From assembly GCA_002269645.1 (NCBI GenBank), contig NIVC01000947.1, forward strand, positions 186,001 through 250,000: DNA of 64,000 nucleotides. The letters are read 5' to 3'. The DNA comes from Macrostomum lignano (Eukaryota). The notes beneath the pieces are model-generated. The model was not told the DNA's origin. It was given only the letters and a program-made list of their open reading frames with translations, and searched no databases. Below, in pieces: positions 34,801-44,690 of this stretch; positions within the stretch are counted from its first letter, which is position 1; every line of letters starts with the position of its first letter. A program made the position numbers and the translations under genes.

Positions 34801-35521
34801 GCTCCACCAACAAAATCACCCTCAAGTGGGTTCCGGGGCATGTGGGGATCCGAGGGAATGAGTTGGCTGACGCCCTTGCGAAAGTTGGCGCCTCCGGCTC
34901 CTCTCTCGGTCCCGAACCCCTTGTCCCGATTCCTGGCTGTCATCGACTCGCGCATCAAAGCGTGGATCAGGACTCAGCACCGCTCGACTTGGGCGAACTG
35001 CACCGCCTGCAGGCAATCCAGAGGCGCTGTCCCTCAGCCCTCTCACCAGCTCCGGAAGCTCCTCTTGCGCCTCTCGCGCAGAGACATCCGGGCTGCCACC
35101 ATGACCCTCTCTGGTCACGGCTGCTTCTCTAGGCACCAGTACCTGCAGGGCAACGCCACCAACGCCATCTGCAGTTTCTGTAACTCAGGTGACGAAACCG
35201 CTGAGCATTTCGTCAGCATCTGTCCCGCCTTTACGCGAGCCAGACTCACTTACCTCGGGCCACACACATCTATTACTGAAGCGTGCAAACCCGAAAACTT
35301 TAATCAGCTCATGCGCTACCTCCGGGCCACCCGCAGGGCTGAACTCTCCTTTCCAGAGAGCACCATAGCTGCTGGTGACACTGGGGGACCTCCCTGGGCG
35401 GCGCTAACCCTTCGTCCATAGCGACGCGTCGGCCATTCAGGGACTAGCGGAATGGGCGTTCGCGCCTTCCCGCTGTGTCCCCCCGGGACAGCCCTGCAGC
35501 TAAGTCAAGTCAAAGTAAGTC
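31876..35521 (+). mobile_element. 5'-truncated non-LTR retrotransposon (I-group, LOA/Lian-like): APE endonuclease, RT, RNase H, C-terminal Cys/His motif
   Basis: APE (GGDLNAHHKHWGS...SDH), RT (PQGGVLTP, GYADD), RNase H (YTDGS...SDSQAAL...WVPGHVGIRGNELAD) and CSFCNSGDETAEHF. Degenerate AAGTC-type tail. 8-bp TSD aacccctc at 31868-31875 and 35522-35529. Several frameshifts and stops. Confidence 0.93.
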
Positions 35522-35550
35522 AACCCCTCCATAACGAATCATTACGCCAA

Positions 35551-36333
35551 ATGTATGACTAACAAATCGATACCCTTGATGACTGCATCCTGGGAGACGA
35601 AGATACCCAGACACCGTGTCCTATAGTTCAACCCCTTTTCAAATCGACATCTCACGCCGGAACTGATGACCAGAAGTGGCCCAAACAAGACTTGTCAACA
35701 TGGATAGAACAACAGCAGGACAAACTACGGTAAGAATGGCAACGACGCCGACCCGCGCTTCAACGAAATGCAAACACGGAAACATCTGCGAGCAGCGACT
35801 TCCACGAGGCTACAACACTCGCAAAGCGATTCCAAACGGCACTAGCGGTACAGACGGTAGTTCAAAGCAAGCCGGCGCGGTATGATGAAATGAAACTGTT
35901 TGACATCCACCAGCAGATGCTTGATATGCCACGAATACCCGCTAACATCGTAACACACCTCACCACGCGCCGCATCCTGGCAGATCCTAAAGACCCACGC
36001 TGGTTACTCTCTGATTACTCTATCTTGAAATTCAACACCACACTCCTTTTCCTCTACGATGATAAGGCCGCGTTCTCTGGTCTGCATGTCATAGTGTGGG
36101 ATCGCCGCGTGACGACAACTCTAATCCACCCTTGTGGACCCACCAGCACACTATCACTCCAAGCAGACGTACTCATCACTTATCTTATCAACGCCTTCAA
36201 CTATCACGGCCTCGAAATTGAACCCAAGGAGCGACATTCACTAACCTCAATTTCACATTCACCGGCCAACCTACAATGGCCTCACTTTTACATAGCGTTA
36301 GCAGCAGCAGGCGAACCAAACCTAGACCCTTAA
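35551..36333 (+). pseudogene. Accessory ORFa (~260 codons, two in-frame TAA), unknown function
   Basis: ATG 35551 is in frame with ORF 35890..36333. TAA codons at 35560 and 35731 are the only interruptions seen. Confidence 0.5.
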
Positions 36334-36840
36334 GGTACTAGGAAGGGTCCGGCTGCAAGAGAACAAAAAAGGATAATACAAGGGATGAAGCCCTGTTCTA
36401 GGGTTGTATCGAATTGGTGAGACACCAATCCGCCTCATCCTGGGGACACCTTCACCCACGGGTACGCCCCTTTGTTCGATGCAGCTTCACAGCAGGGCGG
36501 CCTACTCTTTAGACAAGGATAGACCAAACGAAAGTGAATTTTTTAAGCCAGCCACAACGCTTTACAACCTAACGACTAACGCTTTAATCTTACACACTAG
36601 CACACAAGTTGTACTTGCAAAACGAATCCCAAGGTTCTGATTTTTACGTCCGAATTTTATAATTTCTCAATGCTTCTGCTTTGTTACACATTCACACTTA
36701 TTCCCTACAACTATGTATCATTTAATATTTTCTGCTGCACCCGATCTACCCTCTAGACAATTAATAATGAACAGGAAACACTACATTGCTACAGCCAAAG
36801 TCCGCGTCAAGTTCATGATTATTTACTTCGGCACTTAGCT

Positions 36841-37101
36841 TTAGGCAGGTAGGGCCTGGTAACGGCGCCGGTAGAGGCAGCAAAATAGTAGCACTAGGAG
36901 TAGACATAAGACGAGGCCGCCGCCTCCCAATCCGCCCAGCCAACCTTGTAGCGTGCGTAGCCCGTGATCTTGCGAGGCTGACCGCGACTCTAAGTGAAGC
37001 AGTCGCCGCTCTTGACCGACAGACCGGCCCTCCACGGTGTGTAGCCGCTCTTTCAACTCGCCGATAATACGAATCAGACGTTGCATAGCAAACTCCGACA
37101 T
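36841..37101 (-). CDS. Small single-pass membrane protein (86 aa): heptad region, Gly-rich TM, CC, RRR
   Basis: MSEFAMQRLIRIIGELKERLHTVE...LGGGGLVLCLLLVLLFCCLYRRRYQALPA*. An upstream tttttaaa element lies at ~37185-37192. Confidence 0.6.
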   Translation of the reverse strand: MSEFAMQRLIRIIGELKERLHTVEGRSVGQERRLLHLESRSASQDHGLRTLQGWLGGLGGGGLVLCLLLVLLFCCLYRRRYQALPA

Positions 37102-37409
37102 AATAAGATCAGATAGCGTTAAGGGCAATTGGAAAACCGGCTGAATAGTCAACTTGAGGGGCCACGCTCCCATGCGCCGCGTTTAAAAAGAAAAGGAACC
37201 GAAGATTAGAAAGGAAAGGACCCCTCCGCGGCTCCAACTCCAGATTCTAAAACCCCGCCCCGCGCGTCTCGCCACACCCACCACCCCATGTACGCAGAGA
37301 ATAGAACCAATGTACAGAAGGCCCACTAAGAGATACGTTGGGCCGAGGTGAACACGAGCCCAACTCTAACACACGTAAAAATCAATAAACACTCGCTTAA
37401 TTTTAGCGC

Positions 37410-37685
37410 ATGCGAATGGCTGCCTACACTACCGAAGAAGCTTACGCTCGGCGGCCTGGCCAGGCTTTCGTGGATGTTAACCTCCACGTTAGCAAATGCG
37501 TTAAGAAAGACGCTCAAACCCAGGTCACCGAGTATGACATCGATGGTGGCCATTCAGTGGCCACCCAAACCAATGAGAGCGACAAAGATTGGGGACCCGT
37601 CCTGACCCCCACGACAATCCCATGGCTAGGAGGCCCCTACAAGGCCCTCGTGACCAGCCGGCAGTGGCCCAAGCCGCAGGGTTGA
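37410..37685 (+). CDS. Small ORFc (~90 aa) with DAQTQ and VATQT motifs
   Basis: Intact ORF, divergent from ORFb, ending ~70 bp before the PBS-like site. Confidence 0.5.
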   Translation: MRMAAYTTEEAYARRPGQAFVDVNLHVSKCVKKDAQTQVTEYDIDGGHSVATQTNESDKDWGPVLTPTTIPWLGGPYKALVTSRQWPKPQG

Positions 37686-37755
37686 ATTATTAGTTGAAGC
37701 CATAGCGTAGATTCTGAACGACTCTCGATCGTTGAAAGGGTTTCGGCGCCTCGTT

Positions 37756-37774
37756 ATCCCACTTAGCTGACACC
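37756..37774 (-). promoter_or_regulatory. PBS-like site complementary to a tRNA-Leu(CAG/CAA) 3' end
   Basis: Plus strand atcccactt-ag-ctgacacc versus the tRNA-Leu 3' end ATCCCACTTCTGACACCA (2-nt insertion). It directly abuts the unit terminus ...ccacctCA on the minus strand. Confidence 0.6.
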
Positions 37775-37776
37775 TG

Positions 37777-40700
37777 TGAGGTGGGGCGGAGAAAAGAAAT
37801 GGAAAGTTTTCTTTTTTTCTTTTGGTTCTAGAGTTTGAATTTGGTTTGCTGTCACCAATGAGATGGGCGGATTCCGCGTTTGAATTGCCGCCGACGTTGA
37901 GTTCGCACGAATTAAATCCAGAAATCGCGCAGACGAATCACAACGAAATTCTTTTCTCCAGTTTTACTCCGACTGCCGGGGTCCTCAATTCCGGGGGGGA
38001 GGGTAGTCGTATTCGTAGCAGAGCGGTCGCTGAGCGGCACGGTCGTTCAGTTGGTAAGACACCGGAGATTTGACACCGTAAATTAATGTGTCGTTTTGTC
38101 GAACTTGCTACTTTCAGTAGGGTAGTTGCTGCCGCCACCGTAATTTACGTATTACGGAACGTAGAATTCTCAGAGCTTTCTTTGAGATGAGAACTTTTGG
38201 TTGTTTTACGCCCCACGGGCAAATGATTCAATAGAAAGCTAAGGGCTTAATGAACGAACTGTTAATTATTAAGTTGCGGTTTATTATTTGTTGTCGACAA
38301 TTCAAGATAAATATTAAAAGGTTAAAGAGAGAGAGACGGCCTAACGGCGATATGAGATCCGGCGTGCCGGATACTGAATAAATATTAAGGTTTAATGTAA
38401 CGCAAACGGGAGCAAGCAATCAAAAGGGAATAAAACCAATACAGGAGAGCACGAGAGAGAGAGAGCAAGCGAGCGAGCAAGCGCATGAAAATCAAGCATC
38501 CACAACGCGGTATAAATATTAGTTTCTTCTTGCCAGAGGGCGGGGCACCCGGGGATTCAGTGGGTGGTAAATGGGTAGCCACCACTGGATTCCTCAACTG
38601 GCAGTAACTTAAAGCAATAAAGAAAAATAAAAACAGGGAAATAGCATCGCATGGGGCCGCCGTTGGGGCATAGCATGGAGACAAAACCAATTGGTGGGGC
38701 AGCGCACGGGCCATCAAGTAGCATGACGTCAGAAAAAAATAATTCACGGGGCAACTCATGCAATAACAAATTTAAATTTAAATTCAAGCAAAATATTATG
38801 ATGAAATTCACGCAAATATTTGGGAACTTAAGCAAATTGAGGTCGGGGGGTTTGAAAGAAACTCTGAAGCCGTGGGGTTTTGACTCGGTCGTTCCAGCCG
38901 TTCGAATCGGTGCGCTTCGACACTTCAAACAAAGCTTAAACGAAAACTTGGCTTGCAGATTACGGGGAGCTCCGCTGCTGAGTTCCTCAAGCTCAGGGGA
39001 GGGTAGTTGTGGTCACGGCTGAGCGGTCTAGTTTTGCCGACGTTCAGGATGCCGAATGCAGATCTTTGTAGCCGAATCGGGGCTTCAAAATAAGCTAAAT
39101 TTGTCGAGAGTCTTAATTTTAGTAGTTGGTCGCTGCCACCACCGTGATTACACGCGGGAAAAGCTCTAAAGCTTCAGACTAACTTGAGTTTCGCTCTAGC
39201 GCTTCTCTGTAGACCTCTAAGGGTCAAATAAATGCTTCCGAGGTCACGAAGGCTAAGACACCGTTTCACACACAATTATTAATGTGGCCGGAATAAATAG
39301 TGGCCAGGTAGCTGAGTAGCACTTATTATTATTATTGCTGGCTGTTGCTCGCACTATAAGCAATATACTATGATGATAATTATTAGCTTAGATTATTTGG
39401 TCGGGTGAGGAGCTGGTCGGGTCGGGATGCTGCTGGGCTTACAATTAGGGGCCTCTCGTAAGGGCTGTAAATAGAGTCAAGGAAGGCGGGCTGGGAAAGA
39501 CGGGCGCAGACTCTTAAATGTGCTCTCATGAGTTACCGGGAGGAAACGGGTCACCCCGGGTGGGACAGGAGGGACACCAGGTGGGGAGAGGGGAGGATAC
39601 ACCAGGTGGTAACGATTAGACACCGGGTGGACCCTAGGGAAAATCATGGTAAAACAATAGTTCCGGGAGATGGGAAGGAAAATTACATTATCTGAAAAAA
39701 CAATTTCCACTCAGGGAAATGACGTCAAAAATTTCGGTCAGTGGAAGGCCGCGCCTACCACAAAATGATAAACGAACGGATTAATGGGGAGTTCACTGGG
39801 GGCAAAATAGATCCAAACCGACAGTCTCAAGCATCCGTGGTAGACGCAACTACCACACCTGCATTATTAAATTTGTAAAAATAACTAGCTATGGGGCCCT
39901 GCACATGCAAAAAGCCATTTTTAGGTCCTGAGTAAGAGACTTAAGCAGCCAATATTTTCTATGTTATGTATTGGGATAATGGGGGATAAAAGTTTAAATA
40001 TGTTGTAACTTTCAATTTAAAGGGAGTTCTTAAGTCTTTAATGTTATAGATTCTAGCAATATACTTTATATTATACAAGCATTGTATGCAAGTTGTATAG
40101 TTAAGATAGTATAAGCCAAAGTTAAAATGAATGCAGTCCTAGCTATTTTGTTAGCTATTGCCTATTGATATAATAAAATATTGAGGTGGGGGTGGAGAAG
40201 AATTTTTCTTGGAACTGTTGCTTTTGAAAAGTTGCTGACACCAGTGAGGTGGGGCGGATTCCTCGTTTGAATAGCCGCTGGCGTTGAGTTCGCACGAATA
40301 AAGCCGGAAAAATCGCGCAGGTGAATCTCAACGAATTTCCTCTCCTTTTACTCCGTCAGCCGGGTTCTCAAGTCCGGGGGGAGGGTAGTCGCAATCTTAG
40401 CGGAGCGGTCTCAGAGCGGCACGGTCGTTCAGTTGTAAATAACACCGGAGATTCCGACTCCGTGAATTAATGCGTCGATGTGTTGAACTCGTTACTTTTA
40501 GTAGGGTAGTTGCGGCCACCACCGTAATTTACGTATTACGGAACGGATGAAGTCTCAGAGCTTTCTTTGAGTTGAGACCTTTGGTAATTTTACGCCCCAC
40601 GGGCAAATGACTCAAGATAAGCTATGGCTATGTCAACGGATAAATAGTAGTTAATATTTAATTGTCGGCGTTATTTGTTTATTAATTATAATTTAATTAA

Positions 40701-43270
40701 ACGTTATTACTAGCAGGCGTTGAAATTATTAGGTTGCGAACGAGAAAAAGGGCCGGCGACAACGGATGCCGAGACAGCGCACTGAATAAAGTAAAATTAA
40801 CTAGACACGCGCAACAGAAGAAAGGGAAACTAAAACCGCAGGCGAGGTCGAAGTAAGAGAAATACAAACAAACAACCAAAGCAAACACAAGAAGAAAAAT
40901 CATCGCGGCAGAACCGAAACTTTAAATAGGAAAGATATTAAATTCAATCCCAGGGCGGGGGTTGGGACGGATGACTGGACTACAGGGTGGGCGAGCCCGT
41001 GGGCAACCTGATGGACAAATTAATCACAACGCATAAGGTAGCAAAATTGCGAAATACCAACAAAAGGAAAAACATTCCAACGGCAGGGCAAACCGGAGGG
41101 ACGACAAAAACAAAACAACACCGGGAAAAGAAAAGGAGACACAACCGTTGGAAAAAAAATTCCGGGAATTGGGCGTCAACTTAAATTTGAGGTGGGGCGG
41201 AGGAAGTTTTCTTGGAAATCGGTTGGTTTTTGAAATTTGCTGACACCAGTGAGGTGGGGCGGATTCCACGATTGAATTGCCGCCGACGTTGAGTTCGCAC
41301 GAATAAAGCCGGAAATCGCGCAGACGAATCACAACGAATTATTTCCTCCTGTTTTACTCCGACTGCCGGGTTCTCAAGTCCGGGGGGGGGGTAGTCGTAA
41401 TCGTAGTCGAGCGGTCGTAAGCGGCACGGTCGTTCAGACTTTAGACTCAATGATCTAATCACCGTAAATCTGTTTCTGAGTTGTTGAGCTGATTACTATC
41501 AGTAGAGTAGCGCTGCCACCACCGTAATTGCGTATTACGGAACGTTGAGATCTCAGAGCCCGTTCGGAGATGAGATTTATTGGTTGTTTAACGCCCCACG
41601 GGCAAATAACTCAAGATAAACTGTTATGGGCTTCGATAATTGAACAACTTATTTATTGGCTTAATTGTTACTTATTACTATTACTATTATTGCAGGCGTT
41701 GAATATTAAAAGATGGTAATAGTTTTGACGAGAGAGCCTCGGCCGGTGCAGGGTGCGGACAACTATCTATTTGGGCTAAACAACTGTTGAACTGAAACTT
41801 TATGAGCTCTTATGCCACTCAAGCACACAGAAAACGGAACACAAGAGACCGACTAAACACGAAGACAATAGAGAGAGCAACGCAGCGGAAAGGAGAGCGA
41901 GAAAAAGAAAAAAACTAGCAAAAAGGCGGCCCAAAAGGCCTTATAAATAAGGGAGCAAAGTCGACCGGACAGGGATGGGGCAACAGATGGGGCAGGAAGG
42001 CGAGTGATGGGGCAAGAAATGGGGCAAACGATGGGGCAACGGACGACAATGAAACCGGGAACGGAGAAAAACAAAAACTTAGCGCAACGGCAAAAGATGG
42101 GGCGAGGGATGGGGCATGGGACGGCGCACCGGGTGACACACAAAACACAGAGAGTCATAGCAGTGATGTCACCAGTCCTTGAACCGTGGTAGTGCGCCCT
42201 ACCACAAATTGAAAAAAAAATATTATTATTTATTAGACGCATGAGGTGGGGGTGGAGAAGTTTTAACAAAATTTGTAATTTGAATTTAGAGGTCGGCCGG
42301 TAATTCTTCGAAAACCGGTAGCGTTGCGTTCGCACGAATAAAACCGGAAAATCGCGCAGACGAATCACCACGAATTTCTTCTCCTTTTACTCCGATAGCC
42401 GGGGTCCTCAAATTCCGGGGGAGGGTAGTCGTAATCGTAGCAGAGCGGTCGTTAGAGCGGCACGGTCGTTCAGATGGTAGACACCGGAGATTGACACCGT
42501 AAAGTAATGTGTCGATTTGCAGAGCTGGTTACTGTCAGTAGGGTAGTTGCTGCCACCACCGTAATTTACGTATTACGGAACGTTTAGTGATCTCAGAGCT
42601 TTCTTTGAGATGAGATTTCGGTTATTTTACGCCCCACGGGCAAAGGATTCAAGATAGGCTATGGCTTAAGTCAACGGAATAAATATTAAGCGTTAATTTG
42701 TTGTTATTTATTAAAGTAATTTGGTTATTAATTTTAAAGCAGGTTGTTTATGGATTAATGAGTATTATAATGACGATGATGAATACACGGGCGCCGGTGC
42801 GCTAATAAACTAATAAATTAATGAACCGTAGAGATAAACAGACAAGATAGTGAGGGAGCGATCGCGCAAGAAGAAAAGTTAGAAAAATTGGCAACTGAGC
42901 ATGAGTAGTTTATATAAGCAAAAGTAGGGCAACGTCCAAAGCATGGGGGAAAGATTAGCCAACAAGGGGGCCATACAATGGTTAAAGGAGAAATTACACA
43001 GAAAATATAATGAACCGCTTAATTCCAACCAATGAAAAGGCTGTTAGCCAACGATGGGAAACTGAATAACAACGGTGGGTCCACACACGGGGCCAACAGG
43101 AGGAGGGGGGGTGATGTCATATAACAATGGTTGGCCGCACGGGTTGGTATTCACGAAGAAAAAAATACGGGCGCGCATTTAAAATGGAAAAATTATTAAA
43201 ATAAAATTATTAAATGGTGGCAACCCCACTGCCACACGTACTAAAGTTTTGTGGCAACCCGCCTGCCACA
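37777..43270 (-). repeat. Tandem stack of five diverged LTR-like units with a conserved structured core
   Basis: Units begin on the plus strand with tgaggt(g/c)ggg at 37777, 38838, 40182, 41188 and 42242. Several end in ct(a/g)ccaca (39762/39857, 42206, 43270). Each has a shared ~450-bp core, then an unrelated ~600-900 bp part with a TATA-like box (~38506, 39465, 40921, 41941, 42909). Confidence 0.85.
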
Positions 43271-43477
43271 ATATCTATTGACTAGACTATTTATTACCAT
43301 TGGATTTAACATTGTTAAAAGTTAAAGTGATATATATCTATCTATCTGTTTGTCAATTTCTAACTAATTTTTCTATATTGATTTGGATATTGAGAATATT
43401 AAAAAATATATAAAAATTATAAAGTTTTGGTTTAGGTAATTGATTTTGTTATTTTTGGTTTATTTAAAATTCAATTA

Positions 43478-44080
43478 GGCAGTGCTTATCCCCACGGTAC
43501 CGTAGGAATAATTTCTGTCTTATTCCAACGGTACCGTGCGAATAATTTTCTGCTTATCCGCACGGCACACTGACGAGATAGCTGCCTTACACATCCTCTG
43601 TTTTATTCCCTCTGCTTTACTAGCTGCCCTATCTGCTACATATACCAGGTATATGTTGTGCGTGAATAGTTTATAGCTTATTGAAAGGGAATTTGAACTG
43701 AGGATACTAAGAAGCTGTTGATCTTGATGTATAAACTCGAATCAGTTCTAACTTCTAGACTAATATATGCATGTGTAAATGCATGTTATTCTGCTTTACT
43801 GATACCCTTCTGTATACTTATTCAACAATAATTCAACAAAGTTGTTATACTGCACTCAAATCGTATGTACTAAACTTCCCACATGGCATATGTAGAAGAT
43901 AGGGCAGCTATCTCCTCAATGTGCCGTGCGGATAAGCAGAAAATTATTCGCACGGCATATATAGAAGATAGGGCAGCTATCTCCTCAATGTGCCGTGCGG
44001 ATAAGCAGAAAATTATTCGCACGGTACCGTTGGAATAAGACAGAAATTATTCCTACGGTATCGTGGGGATAAGCACTGCC
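43478..44080. mobile_element. MITE, PIF/Harbinger (Tourist)-like, ~600 bp
   Basis: Long TIRs ggcagtgcttatccccacggtaccgtagg... / ...cctacggtatcgtggggataagcactgcc (over 100 bp). TTA duplication on both sides (43475-43477, 44081-44083). No ORF. Confidence 0.88.
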
Positions 44081-44690
44081 TTAAAATTATTTAAAGTTTT
44101 AATATATTAGTATTAGATTTCATATTTTTTGTAATGAGCCAATTAATACTTGGACTTCAATTTTTGCATTAGAAGATTTGTAACTTAGCTATATTATTAT
44201 TTGTGATATTTTATGTTCAAATAAATTATAATAAGATTATCTATCTATAGGTGATTGGAGCAACTTAGTAGTGAATCTGACTCTTATGCATAAAAATAAT
44301 CACCTAAGAAGGTTATAATGCAATTCATAATCATAATGGCCAACTCCTAAAGCATAGAGACTGAGAGAGTAACATGCTTAACAATCAGAAAGACAAGGCC
44401 ACTTTATACCCTTATATAAGGGTTGGTTAAAAAGTTTAAAGCCTATTAGGCCCTAACACAGAAAATGGATCAGCAGGTAAATGTTAACTTGTAATGTTTT
44501 ATTTCTTAACATAGTTTTCTTTTAAGTTTATAGATTTCATCTAGTTACAACACTAACATTATTCAATATAAATTAGATGATAAGGCATTTAGCTTAATAA
44601 TACAGTGAAATTTACTCCTGCCATTATCTAAAAAGTAAGGCGCACAGCCAGTGCAAATCTGGGTAGGTTGTGTACATGGTATATATTCCC

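Noticed and set aside
37777-43270. CRISPR-like or integron-like interpretation of the repeat/variable array
   Set aside because: Repeats are ~450 bp and the variable parts look like eukaryotic promoters. There is no cas gene or tyrosine recombinase nearby, and the LTR features fit better.
37777-43600. Hammerhead ribozyme / Penelope pLTR interpretation
   Set aside because: No CUGAnGA...GAAA core with flanking helices was found in the units. The ctgacgag at ~43570 lies within a MITE and has no partner motif.
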